DNA of 32,000 nucleotides from Candidatus Omnitrophota bacterium (GTDB lineage Bacteria; Omnitrophota; Gorgyraeia; Zapsychrales; JANLHA01). Numbering within the stretch: position 1 is the stretch's first letter; every line of letters starts with the position of its first letter. Below the pieces are notes generated by a model. The model ran no database searches. It was not told the origin of the DNA and saw only the letters and a list, made by a program, of their open reading frames with translations. The position numbers and the translations under genes are program-made. The stretch covers positions 900,001 through 932,000 of the forward strand of contig OY759724.1 in the NCBI GenBank assembly GCA_963662715.1, read 5' to 3'. Positions 7,052 to 18,359 of the stretch are shown here, one piece after another.

Positions 7052-7336
7052 TTACTCCCGGCTCTCTTCCTGGTTCGCGGGCAGGATCTTATAGATCACT
7101 TCACCTTCTTTAATCAATCCCATTTTCTCCCGCGCCACTTTTTCCAGGTATATCGGATCTTCTTCCAAACGGCGTTTTTCTTCCAGCAGCTCCTTCTTCT
7201 CTACCTTCAGCTGCCGGATCTGCAGAGAATAATCACGATTCGTCTGCTTGAGGTCCTGAAGTTCCGTATAGGACGGCAGGAAAACCGCAAAAACAAAAAT
7301 CGTTCCGACAAAAAGAAAAAAAGCATTCTTAAGCAT
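7052..7336 (-). CDS. ftsB: Septum formation initiator (FtsB/DivIC family)
   Basis: 94 aa with an N-terminal TM helix, a coiled coil (LQIRQLKVEKKELLEEKRRLE) and the DPIYLEKVAREKMGL motif. It sits in the conserved position immediately downstream of eno. Confidence 0.8.
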   Translation of the reverse strand: MLKNAFFLFVGTIFVFAVFLPSYTELQDLKQTNRDYSLQIRQLKVEKKELLEEKRRLEEDPIYLEKVAREKMGLIKEGEVIYKILPANQEESRE

Positions 7337-7419
7337 GGCTGCTGCCCCTGCTGCTGACCGCGGCGCCCAAAACGCAGGAGATCACAAACAAACGTTTGGC
7401 TCCGGGAACCACCCTGTCA

Positions 7420-8706
<1,287 letters not shown>

Positions 8707-9234
8707 TTAAACAATGAAGCTGTCCGGCCTCTCCATGACAAAGCCACGGAGTATCCAGATCGGGCTTCATTCCTTCGTGGTTACGAGTTAAATATGTTCG
8801 ACCCAAGGATTATATGCGGCAACCCCGCTGAAAGCAGCGGGGTATCTTAGAAGAATGACGTGCTGCAAATCCGGAGCCGCCGGACGCCAAAATTCTTAAA
8901 ACTCTGACAGCCGGCAGTAGCAGCAAATTTTCATATATCAAAAGTTACGGGATGAAATAAGATTTAACTGCGTGAGAAAAAGTTATCACAGTTTCTATTT
9001 AAAGTCAAGATCAAACAACTCGCCTAAGAAGATATGACTATCACCTTAAAGGGCCGCGGGGACACTTCTATCAGAACCCCATATGTTCCAAAAAGTAATA
9101 AGGACCCGGTCCCTAGCAGCCTAGCAGAAAACGTCATTTTGTAGTATACTAAAAAAGATAATTATGCTAATTTTATTGAGTTACGATTAAATTCAGCCAC
9201 TTCAAAAAATTCATTTTAACATTCCGGAACGATT

Positions 9235-10917
9235 ATGAAAAAATTCAAACTCTGGCTAAAGCTTAACTGGGTTAAGACAGCAATCATCTCATTTTTTATT
9301 ACCGTCCTGATTATGGGCGGCGTTTTCCTTTATTTCGGGATCACGAATTTTATCCAGCTCGAGTCATTCAGCCGCCGGCAAATGGCGGCCCAGCTGGGCT
9401 TAACCATGGTCATGTTCCTTTTTGTGCACCTTTTCACCATCCCGTTTTATTTCGGCATGCATATGTACCTCATGCAGGGCGGCGGGCTGGGCAATCTGGG
9501 AAAAGAAAAAATCTCAACGGCTCTGGCCAATGTGAAATGGGATGACGTTATCGGGATGGAATCGGCCAAAAAAGAGGCCTGGGAACTCGTTAAACTCCTC
9601 AAAGACCGGGCCATGGTCAAAGCCATCGGAGGGAAAATCATCAAGGGAACCATCATGATCGGCCCTCCGGGCTGCGGGAAGACTTATCTGGCCAAAGCCA
9701 TCGCCACCGAATGCGGGCTGCCGATGCTGTCCGCGGTCGGAAGTGAATTTGTCGGGATTATCATCGGCCAGGGCGCCGCCCAGATGAAAAGCCTGTTTAA
9801 ACAGGCCCGGGCCATGGCGGAAATGCACGGCGGGTGTATTATTTTTATCGATGAAATCGATTCTTTTGCCCGGCCGAGGCAGCAGCTGACCGGGTTTGGG
9901 GGAAGCATTTCCCACAATGCCACCATCAACCAGTTCTTAACCGAACTCGACGGGTTGCGGCAGGCGGAAAACAATATCGTCGTCATAGCCGCGACCAACG
10001 TTCCGGCGGAAGACCTGGACTCGGCTATTATGCGGGCCGGCCGTTTCGATAGAAAAATTCAAGTCAATAAACCTAATCTGGACGAACGCAAACTGCTTTT
10101 TGATTTCTATCTTAAACGGGTCGACGCCTCTCCGGACATCAAGTCCGAACTACTGGCGAGCAAAGCGCTGGGTTTCTCGCCCTCGGACATTGACGCGATG
10201 GTCCGGGAATCCGGCCTGATCGCTTTGCGTGATTCCCGCACAAAGATCACGATGAAAGACCTCTCGGAAGCCTACGACCGTGTCACCTTCGGGCTTAAAG
10301 CGAATATCACCTTAACAGCCAACGAAAAGAAATGGACGGCTTATCATGAAGCCGGGCATGCGGTTATTGCCTACCTGATACACCCCACCAATGACGTCAT
10401 TAAAGCCAGCATTATTCCACATAAAGGGAATCTCGGGTTTATTTTCCAGCGGCCCATGGAAGAATTGCATTCATCCAATAAAGAACATCTCCTGGCCAAT
10501 ATAAAAGTCAGTTTAGCAAGCTATGTGGCCGAACGCATGAAATTCGGGTCTACGTCAAGCGGTGTCGGCGGCGGACGGGGCAGCGACTTTGACAACGCCA
10601 TGCGTATAGCCCATGTGATGGTCTGGCAGTACGGCATGGGCAAGTCCGGCCTTATCGGAGACTTTCACGCTTTGACGGGTTTTCAGACCGCTCTGATATC
10701 CGAAAAAACCAAAGAGATCCTCGATCAGGATGTTCAGGATATTCTGCAGACATGCATGAAAGAAATTGAAGCTCTGCTGACGAAAAATAAAGATCTGTTT
10801 GAATACTTTGCTGAACAGCTGCTTAATAAAGAAGAGCTTGAGTACGATGAAATTGAAACGATTTTCAGCAAATTTGGCGTCCAACCTGCCTGGAAAAGAG
10901 CTGAAACCATCTCATAA
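9235..10917 (+). CDS. FtsH-family AAA+ zinc metalloprotease (short-loop variant)
   Basis: 560 aa with two N-terminal TM helices, Walker A GPPGCGKTYLAKA, Walker B IIFIDEIDS and the M41 zinc motif YHEAGHAV. Confidence 0.88.
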   Translation: MKKFKLWLKLNWVKTAIISFFITVLIMGGVFLYFGITNFIQLESFSRRQMAAQLGLTMVMFLFVHLFTIPFYFGMHMYLMQGGGLGNLGKEKISTALANVKWDDVIGMESAKKEAWELVKLLKDRAMVKAIGGKIIKGTIMIGPPGCGKTYLAKAIATECGLPMLSAVGSEFVGIIIGQGAAQMKSLFKQARAMAEMHGGCIIFIDEIDSFARPRQQLTGFGGSISHNATINQFLTELDGLRQAENNIVVIAATNVPAEDLDSAIMRAGRFDRKIQVNKPNLDERKLLFDFYLKRVDASPDIKSELLASKALGFSPSDIDAMVRESGLIALRDSRTKITMKDLSEAYDRVTFGLKANITLTANEKKWTAYHEAGHAVIAYLIHPTNDVIKASIIPHKGNLGFIFQRPMEELHSSNKEHLLANIKVSLASYVAERMKFGSTSSGVGGGRGSDFDNAMRIAHVMVWQYGMGKSGLIGDFHALTGFQTALISEKTKEILDQDVQDILQTCMKEIEALLTKNKDLFEYFAEQLLNKEELEYDEIETIFSKFGVQPAWKRAETIS

Positions 10918-10923
10918 AACCGC

Positions 10924-11922
10924 ATGCGTTTAAATAAAATTCTTTTTCTTATCAGTTTCACCTGCTTTGTCCTGGGCTGTTCCCGGCCTGCGGCTGACCC
11001 CATCCCGCAGCCGCTCAGCGACCCGGAGAAAAAGCTCCAGACACTTCTCAGGACGGAATACGGCATGCATGCCGTGCTCCGGCGCATGGCCAACACCCTC
11101 TGGGTCTATGTCCCGACAAAAGAGAATTTTTTCTCCCTGAAAACCAGCGATCACGAACCCGCGCCGCCCCAGCCGCCGGACGCGGTGATGACGATCCATT
11201 TCCTGGACGCGCAGTACCAGGACAAAACTTTTAAAGTCCGTTATGATATCAGCAAGGCCAAAAAATCGGCCGCCGACTACGGCTACTCTTTCCAGTACGA
11301 ACAGTCTTTTTCCGAGCACCGCCGCCAGGTTTTAACGGCTGTCGGCAGGGCTTTTTCCGATGTGGAGTATAACGAGACCACCGGAAAAATGCAGGAGCGT
11401 ATCGACGGCGATGTCGATTACGGCGACACCCAGAAACAGACCACCCACAAGAAACTCGTACAGGCTTACGTGAAAACCGATGTTGTCCCGGACTTCTTCG
11501 TCATTGTTATCGCCGATATAAAGAACGGGCTGGAATCAAAAATGATCTTTTATTTTAAAGATCTTAACCGCGGCTTAACCGACCCGACCTTCGGGGAGGA
11601 ATATACCCGCAGGATCGTCTCGGAAGAGACCATCGGATACACGGCCATCAAAGGAGACGTGGCCGGCCGCCATGTCCGGTTTGACAACATCACCTGGCCG
11701 AAATTCTTAAGCAAACTCATCGCCCACCGGGTCCGCTTTAAGTTTGTCCAAAGCTCCATCCCTCCTTCTGAAAAGATCAATGAAGAGGTGTTGAAGATCG
11801 TCGCGACAACCCTGAATATCTATCCCTATGAGGGATTCCGCAGCGTGGAACTGCACAATCTTGACACAGAAGAGAATTTCTCTTTCCTGAAAGAAGAATT
11901 AAAAACATATGCCGAAAAATAA
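10924..11922 (+). CDS. Hypothetical lipoprotein
   Basis: 332 aa with lipobox FTCFVLGCS. It starts 6 nt after the ftsH-like stop. No family recognised. Confidence 0.6.
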   Translation: MRLNKILFLISFTCFVLGCSRPAADPIPQPLSDPEKKLQTLLRTEYGMHAVLRRMANTLWVYVPTKENFFSLKTSDHEPAPPQPPDAVMTIHFLDAQYQDKTFKVRYDISKAKKSAADYGYSFQYEQSFSEHRRQVLTAVGRAFSDVEYNETTGKMQERIDGDVDYGDTQKQTTHKKLVQAYVKTDVVPDFFVIVIADIKNGLESKMIFYFKDLNRGLTDPTFGEEYTRRIVSEETIGYTAIKGDVAGRHVRFDNITWPKFLSKLIAHRVRFKFVQSSIPPSEKINEEVLKIVATTLNIYPYEGFRSVELHNLDTEENFSFLKEELKTYAEK

Positions 11923-11945
11923 ACGGCCCTTTTAAGAGAAAAAAA

Positions 11946-11974
11946 GAACCCGTTTCCGAAAAAGAAACGGGTTT
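11946..11974. terminator. Bidirectional rho-independent terminator between convergent genes
   Basis: The hairpin gaacccgtttc-cgaaaaa-gaaacgggttc is flanked by an A-run upstream and TTTT downstream, so it reads as stem plus T-run on both strands. Confidence 0.75.
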
Positions 11975-12010
11975 TCCTCGCAATACGCCGGGTACGGACG
12001 TGAGGTAAAT

Positions 12011-12658
12011 CTATTTCTGCGCTGCTGATGACTTCTGTGAAGCCTCGCCTTTGCCGTCAAGGATGAAAACCTTGCGGCCTTTCACCTTTAAGCGGCCTTC
12101 TTCATAGAGGATAATGGCTTTGGGGTACAGCCTATGCTCCACGCGGTGGATCTTCTCCTCCAGGCTTTCCAGGGTCTCATCCTCTTTTATCGCTAAACTC
12201 TGCTGGAGAATAATCGGGCCGTTATCAATCTTTTCGTTGACAAAATGCACAGTAACTCCGGTGGCTTTAACACCGTAGGTAAAGGCATCTTTAATAGCTG
12301 TCGAACCTTTAAAAGAAGGCAGCAATGAAGGATGGATGTTCATAACTTTCATGGGATACTGTTTAATAAAAAAAGGCGTGAGCAGCCGCATGTACCCGGC
12401 CAAAACGACAAAATCGATTTTTTCCTGCTTAAGGTGGATCACAATATCCCGGTCCACGCTCTGCTTATTGGTATAATTCCTGGGGTTGAAAACAAGGCTG
12501 TTAATTCCGGCATTCTCCGCCCGTTCCAGGGCATAGGCTTTATCCGTGCTGGAAACAACTAATTTGAGTTCTGAACGAATTTGGCCTTTTTGGCAGGCGT
12601 CAATGATTGCTTGCAGGTTCGAACCATTTCCCGATACAAAGACAGCAAATCTTTTCAT
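12011..12658 (-). CDS. purN: Phosphoribosylglycinamide formyltransferase
   Basis: 215 aa. FAVFVSGNGSNLQAIID...VVLAGYMRLL...NIHPSLLPSFKG matches PurN signatures. Confidence 0.92.
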   Translation of the reverse strand: MKRFAVFVSGNGSNLQAIIDACQKGQIRSELKLVVSSTDKAYALERAENAGINSLVFNPRNYTNKQSVDRDIVIHLKQEKIDFVVLAGYMRLLTPFFIKQYPMKVMNIHPSLLPSFKGSTAIKDAFTYGVKATGVTVHFVNEKIDNGPIILQQSLAIKEDETLESLEEKIHRVEHRLYPKAIILYEEGRLKVKGRKVFILDGKGEASQKSSAAQK

Positions 12659-12819
12659 AAAGCGATGTGTTGGCCTTTCTCTTAGGCAAATAAGAACGTT
12701 GGGCGGTTATGAGCCAATCGTGTTATTACATAATCTTTCCGGCAATCCATTTCCAGAGCTAATATTTTACTATAAAAGTGCAATAAATACAATTATCACA
12801 TAAATTATGCCATTTTTCC

Positions 12820-14085
12820 CTAGGAGATTGCAAGATCCAGGCCTTTCCTGTATTTTATCATGCCTAAAAGGCCCAGTCCGGCAAAGAACCCTCCCGCGCC
12901 GGTTAAAATCCATAAGCGGTCCACGTATTCGGAAAGCAAAGAACTGCCCAACATCGCCACCAGAAAAGCAAAATGAATAATGATCTCTAAAACGCTGAAC
13001 ACCTTGCCTCTCATATTCTCATCGGAGACAAGCAAGGCGATCGTGTTTGCGGCAATAAAGACAGGACCCAGAACAAGGCCGAGAAGAAACGATAAAACAG
13101 CGGCGACCCCCAAATGGGGGCACGTCCGGACGATCAAGGCAAACACGATCATCATCAGCCCCCCGGCAAACAGGCAGTAAAAGATTGTCTTGTGCCAGGG
13201 GATCTTTTTCCCCACCCGCCCGTATCCGACGGCTCCGCCGAAAAGCCCTGCGCCCAGGAACACGGCCAGGATCCCCAGATCTTTGGTAACACTCTGAAAA
13301 GATTCCTGGATGAAAACGATAATGACAACATACACGGCTCCGGCAGCGGCCAGCAGGGCAAACAGCAGGTAAATCACAAAACGGATCGCCCGGTTGCCGG
13401 CTAAATACCGGAATCCCTCCTTGAGTTCGCGGATGATGGATTTTTCTATAGCAAGGACCTCCTGCCCGGCTTGGACAATCCTCTGTCCCGTGAAATGGAA
13501 CCGGAAGTCCTTCGGAATAGAAATGACAAGTAAAGCCGAAAGCATAAAAGTAACCGCGTCAACGACGAATCCGCCGCGCGCTCCGAACCAGTCGACAAGG
13601 AATCCGCCGAAGGCACAGCCAAAAACAAAAGCCAGCATACCTGTCGTTGTCATGAGAGAATTGGCGATAATCAGGTGTTCTTTGTCAACGAGATCGGGGA
13701 TGATGGACATTTTCGCCGGGATATAAAAACGGCTGAAACAGAAAACCAGAAAGACAATAATATAAATCGGGACAATGTTCTTCCAAAAAATGAAAATCAG
13801 CGGGATAAGGATGACCAGGAGGCCCCGGGCAATGTCACAACAAAACAACGTTTTGCGGTTGTCCCAGCGGTCTACGAAAACGCCGGCGATGGGGCCGACG
13901 ATAAAGACAGGAATGATCGTGAAAGAAAGCAGTTTGGCCAGGCCCAAAGTCGAGCCCGGCGACCGTTCGGCGATCAGTCCGATTAAGGCCATCTGATTAA
14001 TGCGGTCGCCGAAATGAGAGATCAACTGCGCCCACCACAGCCGCATAAAAGGCCGGTTTTTTCTATCAAACATGAACTTCAGCAT
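12820..14085 (-). CDS. MFS transporter
   Basis: 421 aa, about 12 predicted hydrophobic helices, with the N-terminal pattern WWAQLISHFGDRINQMAL...FVDRWDNRK typical of MFS_3-like permeases. Confidence 0.8.
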   Translation of the reverse strand: MLKFMFDRKNRPFMRLWWAQLISHFGDRINQMALIGLIAERSPGSTLGLAKLLSFTIIPVFIVGPIAGVFVDRWDNRKTLFCCDIARGLLVILIPLIFIFWKNIVPIYIIVFLVFCFSRFYIPAKMSIIPDLVDKEHLIIANSLMTTTGMLAFVFGCAFGGFLVDWFGARGGFVVDAVTFMLSALLVISIPKDFRFHFTGQRIVQAGQEVLAIEKSIIRELKEGFRYLAGNRAIRFVIYLLFALLAAAGAVYVVIIVFIQESFQSVTKDLGILAVFLGAGLFGGAVGYGRVGKKIPWHKTIFYCLFAGGLMMIVFALIVRTCPHLGVAAVLSFLLGLVLGPVFIAANTIALLVSDENMRGKVFSVLEIIIHFAFLVAMLGSSLLSEYVDRLWILTGAGGFFAGLGLLGMIKYRKGLDLAIS

Positions 14086-14194
14086 AATGAATCAGGATGC
14101 AAATATATTGTTTTCTGAAAAGGGATGTGAAAAAAAGTCTCTTCACGTAAAATGATATATGGATTATTATAGTCTTATTCTTTCGAACATCGTT

Positions 14195-15988
14195 TTATTT
14201 CTGAGAAATGTTTTCCTGCAATGTCAGGGCATGGCTGTAAAGAACGTCGTCCTCCGTCAAAAGCGGGAACAGTTTTTCCAGCACCTCCCTCGCCTGCTGG
14301 AAGTCTCCCTGGGCCGCCAAACTCGATGCGAGATTAAACAGCACGTTAGGGTCGTCCGGCCTGAGCAGGGCGGCTTTCTGGAAATGCGCCACGGCTAAGT
14401 CCAGCTTCCCGGTCTTGGAATAAACGATACCCAGAGCATAATGGGCTTCGCCGTTATTGAAATCTTCTTTGAGCATCTCCTCATACTGATGCCGCAGAAC
14501 CAAAAACGTCATCTGAATATTTTTCTCCAGCACATGCTTCAACTTTCCGGCATCATGAATGCGTTCATATTCCCGCAGTCCCTCCCAGTAACGGCGCTGG
14601 TCGCACAGGGCTTTCCCTAAAGCAATCCGGGCGTTAACCACTGCGGGAGTGACCTCCACAATCTTCCGGAACTCGCGTTCGGCATCCGCATATTGCCGCC
14701 GCCGGGCGTACACGTAAGCGAGGTTATAGCGGACACGCAAATTGCTGGGGTTGAGCTCCAGGGTGCGCTTAAACATGGAAATTTCATTTCCCGAATAAAT
14801 ATTCTGCTGAACGGTAAGAATCATCAGATAACCAAAGACCCCTATGACAAGGATACGAAATCCGCTCTCGGTCAGGAGTTTTCTTTTGAGCATCCATTCA
14901 TAAAGACGTTCGGTCAGCAAGGCCCACACCGTAAAAAATCCGATACACGCAGAATAAAGAAAATGTTCGGCCAAAGAAATATATCCGGGCTGGACGCCGA
15001 TAGAAACGATAAACTGCGAGACCGGGATCAGTTCAATCACAAACCAGGCTATGAAAAATAACGCTTCCGGCAGGATCCTCTGCCGGAAAACAAACAGAAG
15101 CAACGCAAGGGTCAGGAAGAAACTGATTGTTATCCGGACCTCCGGGTGATCAAAGCTCAGGAAAAGGAGCTGCGCCCGGTCAAACTGCAGGTCAACTGGA
15201 TGAAAAAACAGCCGGAAGTACGTTATCACGCCCCGCAAAAAACTTATTAAGCCCAGCAAAGCCTCCTGCCAGTTCGGCCAGTAAAAAAGATGTGTGACTC
15301 CAAAATGTCTGCGCACCAGAAGATAAACGGCGTTGATAAGGAAAAACGGCAAGACAGGCTTGAAAACGCTTCTTTTACCCTTGACCGGCATACGCAGCAG
15401 CCACCGGTAACAAAGCATGATAACCGGCATGACCCCCGCCGATTCCTTGCACATCAATCCCAGAATAAGACAAAGCCCGGAAAGGAGGTATGCGCTTTTC
15501 CGGAATTCGGCGACACAAAAAAACCGGAAAGCATGTATGGCAAAAAAAGCGCTTAACAAAATGGCCCGCCCCGGCACATTGGAAACCGCTTCCCATTGAA
15601 TCGGGTGAACCGCGAACAAGAGCGCGATCGAAAACGCCAGCATGCGTTTCCGGGAAATAAAGAACATGAGGCTAAACACCGAAAGCGCGCTGAGAATATG
15701 GATGATAATATTATCGAGATAATAATAATAGGCGTTAAGACCGTAGAAATAATACTCCGTCATGAAACTGACCGTAACCAGGGGGCGGTAATAAGAATTC
15801 CCGCCGAAAAAAGAGGACGTGAGCACGTCCTTGAGATAACGGAAACTGCGGATCTGGGGATTATTGATGATGCAGTACTCGTCATCCATGGTTTTGAATT
15901 CCCCCTGCAAGGCAAAGGAATAAACGGCAAACGTTAAGGCCGCGATGATCAGTTGTAAAACGACCGGATTTTTTAAATATACCCTCAT
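14195..15988 (-). CDS. Polytopic GT-C-like membrane protein with C-terminal TPR repeats (TMTC-like), paralog 1
   Basis: 597 aa. It has a multi-TM N-terminal half with an early DDEY..INNP motif and a TPR-like C-terminal half (YNLAYVYARRRQYADAEREFRKIVE..., EAHYALGIVYSKTGKLDLAVAHFQKA). Confidence 0.75.
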   Translation of the reverse strand: MRVYLKNPVVLQLIIAALTFAVYSFALQGEFKTMDDEYCIINNPQIRSFRYLKDVLTSSFFGGNSYYRPLVTVSFMTEYYFYGLNAYYYYLDNIIIHILSALSVFSLMFFISRKRMLAFSIALLFAVHPIQWEAVSNVPGRAILLSAFFAIHAFRFFCVAEFRKSAYLLSGLCLILGLMCKESAGVMPVIMLCYRWLLRMPVKGKRSVFKPVLPFFLINAVYLLVRRHFGVTHLFYWPNWQEALLGLISFLRGVITYFRLFFHPVDLQFDRAQLLFLSFDHPEVRITISFFLTLALLLFVFRQRILPEALFFIAWFVIELIPVSQFIVSIGVQPGYISLAEHFLYSACIGFFTVWALLTERLYEWMLKRKLLTESGFRILVIGVFGYLMILTVQQNIYSGNEISMFKRTLELNPSNLRVRYNLAYVYARRRQYADAEREFRKIVEVTPAVVNARIALGKALCDQRRYWEGLREYERIHDAGKLKHVLEKNIQMTFLVLRHQYEEMLKEDFNNGEAHYALGIVYSKTGKLDLAVAHFQKAALLRPDDPNVLFNLASSLAAQGDFQQAREVLEKLFPLLTEDDVLYSHALTLQENISQK

Positions 15989-17760
15989 GGATTCTCTCTC
16001 CTCTGTTTCAGCAGCTGTGCCACATAACGGACATTCACATTTTCCCCGGCGAAAGATTCGGCTTTCTGCAACAGCTTCTCGGCAGACGTCCAGTCTCCCA
16101 GCTCGACATAACTATGAATAGCATAGACATAAGGCAAGGCCGCCCGCCTGTTCAGCCGGATAGCCGCAAGCGAAACAGGGACAGCGCGGGCGTAATCTTC
16201 CTGCAGCAGATAAGCTTTGGCCAGGTCGAGATACCCGAGGAAAAAATCCGGCTTTAAACTCAGGGCCTTTTTGAACAGCTCAATAGCTTTTTCAGGATCG
16301 TCGACATAACAGCGTCCCAGGCTGTGCCAGAAGACATAGCTCGTTTTCACATCCGGGACAAAAGGGTTCCGCGGATCTTTATGATAATACTGCATAAAAT
16401 AATTTTTGGCTTCTGCAAAGCGGGCCTGTTCATAGCAATTCAGACCCAAAATCCAATACGGCCGGGAACTATCCGGATAATTGCGGACCATCTCCAGGCA
16501 GGCGGAAAAATCGTTTTTAAAAAAGCTGTTATTCGCGAAGCTGGCGCTCATACATATCCCTACGACAGCGGCTTTTACAAGACCGGAAACCTGGCAAGAG
16601 GGGAAGCGTTTCTGCAAGGCCGCTGCCATCTTCTCGATCCCCGTCGCCAAGATCAGCACCATCCCGACGGCAGGAAGATACATGAAACGGAAAGCGATAG
16701 GGTTGGGCAGCCAGACAATATTCGAGGCCGGCAGATAAGATATAAAAAACCAGAAAACAGAAAAAGCGATAACGGGGTTGCGGGCTCTCCGGATATAGGC
16801 GGAAACAAGGCTGACGAGAATAACCGCGAAGGACAACAGCACCGTCGGGGTCTGGCCCGCTCCGGCCTCCGGCGCAAACAACGGCGGCAGAACGGTGACG
16901 GTCCAGGGGAAGAAGAAGACTTTCAGATATTCAAAAAGGATCACCAACACGACCCTGCCGTGCTGGACCGGGGTCGTCTGCAGGAAAAAATATTTGGGAT
17001 AATGCTCGCCGGCGCAGACGGAAAAATAAATAAAAAGATAAAAAAGCAGGATCAGGATGTAGCCGGAATACAACCCGGACCGCGATTTAAAATGCTCTGC
17101 CCATCCCTTCCCGTCCGCCTTGATAAAAAACATGTCGGTAAGAATCAAAAGGGGGAAAAAGGCCAGGGCTGTCTCTTTAGAGAAAAGAGCCAGGAAAAAA
17201 GCGGTCAGGGAAAAAACGTAGCCCGTTTTTTTCTTCCGCTTTGTCTGGGACACGGAGGCGATATATGTTAATAATGCTATTAAAATGAAAAACGTCGCCA
17301 GCAGGTCTGACCGGTATCCGATACAACTGACGAGTTCCGACTGAACCGGATGCACGCCGAACAACAAAGCGGCCATAAAGGCCGTGGGATTATTACCGAG
17401 AATATACCGGGCCAGGGCAAAAACGAGGCAGACCGTCATAACATGTAAAAGGATATTCGTGAAATGAAAGCCCGCCGGACGCTCCCGGTAAAGGGAATAG
17501 TCGGTGAAAAAGGTCAAGGCGGTGACCGGCCGGTAGGAGATGAGCCCCGAATAGAAATGCTCCTTCTCCTCCGGAGGCCTGTTCTGTTCCGGGGCCATAA
17601 TAAGATCTTTGCTGAACAAGTATTTCAGATGTTCCGGGTGTTTATAAAAAGAATTGTGAAGGAAAAGGGATTTTGAATCGCCGATAAAATCATGGCCCAA
17701 AGAATTCGCAAAGGTAAGAAACGTTAAGGATATAAGAAGAATGATATTTTTTATTTTCAT
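15985..17760 (-). CDS. Polytopic GT-C-like membrane protein with C-terminal TPR repeats (TMTC-like), paralog 2
   Basis: 591 aa with the same architecture. Its stop overlaps the start of paralog 1 by 4 nt. Confidence 0.75.
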   Translation of the reverse strand: MKIKNIILLISLTFLTFANSLGHDFIGDSKSLFLHNSFYKHPEHLKYLFSKDLIMAPEQNRPPEEKEHFYSGLISYRPVTALTFFTDYSLYRERPAGFHFTNILLHVMTVCLVFALARYILGNNPTAFMAALLFGVHPVQSELVSCIGYRSDLLATFFILIALLTYIASVSQTKRKKKTGYVFSLTAFFLALFSKETALAFFPLLILTDMFFIKADGKGWAEHFKSRSGLYSGYILILLFYLFIYFSVCAGEHYPKYFFLQTTPVQHGRVVLVILFEYLKVFFFPWTVTVLPPLFAPEAGAGQTPTVLLSFAVILVSLVSAYIRRARNPVIAFSVFWFFISYLPASNIVWLPNPIAFRFMYLPAVGMVLILATGIEKMAAALQKRFPSCQVSGLVKAAVVGICMSASFANNSFFKNDFSACLEMVRNYPDSSRPYWILGLNCYEQARFAEAKNYFMQYYHKDPRNPFVPDVKTSYVFWHSLGRCYVDDPEKAIELFKKALSLKPDFFLGYLDLAKAYLLQEDYARAVPVSLAAIRLNRRAALPYVYAIHSYVELGDWTSAEKLLQKAESFAGENVNVRYVAQLLKQRRENP

Positions 17761-17843
17761 AGCCCTGAGGGACTACTGCATTGTTTGGTTACGATACAAT
17801 GCGTTTTATGATATCTCGCCAGGAAGGTCATTCACAAAAAAAC

Positions 17844-18077
17844 TTACAGGGAATTTCTGTAGGTATCAATCAACTGCTTCTTTTTATAGGCATCCGAAAC
17901 GCCTTGAATACAGCCGAAGACGACCCCCAACAAAACCCAGACAAGCGTTATCCCTATGCAAATCTTTCCCCAACGGATCAACTTCTTGCCTAAGGGGGTC
18001 AAATCTCCTAAATTGTCTTTATTGTTTTTTCCGGCAAAAATAAAAATAATGCCCAATATGAATAAGACAACTTCCAT
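17844..18077 (-). CDS. Small two-TM membrane protein (hypothetical)
   Basis: The track ORF starts at a GTG (18089). The ATG at 18077 has a GAGGA SD ~6 nt upstream (gtGAGGAtatttATG). It has two hydrophobic helices. Confidence 0.5.
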   Translation of the reverse strand: MEVVLFILGIIFIFAGKNNKDNLGDLTPLGKKLIRWGKICIGITLVWVLLGVVFGCIQGVSDAYKKKQLIDTYRNSL

Positions 18078-18107
18078 AAATATCCTCACTATGATCGAAA
18101 ACTGTCA

Positions 18108-18209
18108 CCTTCCCTCACACTCCCTTGCGGGTCGGTTGTCTTTCCGGTATCCGACGCTTTCTCAAATAACAAAAAAATAAGCCGACGAGAGGAGTTGAAC
18201 CTCCGACCC
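18108..18209 (-). repeat. Copy A of a ~101-bp direct repeat (tRNA-Thr 3' 29 nt plus 72 nt of downstream flank)
   Basis: 18108-18209 matches 18289-18389 apart from one extra T (gtcggttgtc versus gtcggtgtc). Confidence 0.9.
18181..18209 (-). pseudogene. Orphan 3' fragment (T-arm plus acceptor 3' strand) of tRNA-Thr
   Basis: gccgacgagaggagttgaacctccgaccc is identical to 18361-18389 of the intact gene. No matching 5' acceptor strand (GCCGACG) lies upstream of it. Confidence 0.8.
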
Positions 18210-18270
18210 CTCGCTTGCGCTCCCCATAGGGCTGCGCCCTCTGGCGCTCCGGCTCCGCCTCGCTGTCACC

Positions 18271-18299
18271 CTAAAAGCGTGAGGGAATCCTTCCCTCAC
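18271..18299 (-). terminator. Hairpin plus T-run downstream of tRNA-Thr
   Basis: The minus strand reads gtgagggaa-gga-ttccctcac (9-bp stem) followed by gcTTTTag. One arm lies in repeat copy B and the other in the unique spacer. Confidence 0.45.
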
Positions 18300-18359
18300 A
18301 CTCCCTTGCGGGTCGGTGTCTTTCCGGTATCCGACGCTTTCTCAAATAACAAAAAAATA

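Noticed and set aside
12659-12819. Possible purine or ZTP riboswitch in the purN leader
   Set aside because: A plausible promoter (TTGTAT-17 nt-TAAAAT) gives a ~115-nt leader. I could not find the conserved purine-riboswitch or ZTP (pfl) core sequences in it, and an Rfam scan would be needed to be sure.
16324-17271. 315-aa plus-strand ORF, and many similar antisense ORFs (for example 8222-8710, 9514-9915, 10930-11319, 13114-13404, 15596-15937, 28257-28598)
   Set aside because: All lie antisense inside long, motif-supported genes. Their translations are Arg/Gly/Pro-rich and low-complexity, typical of shadow ORFs.
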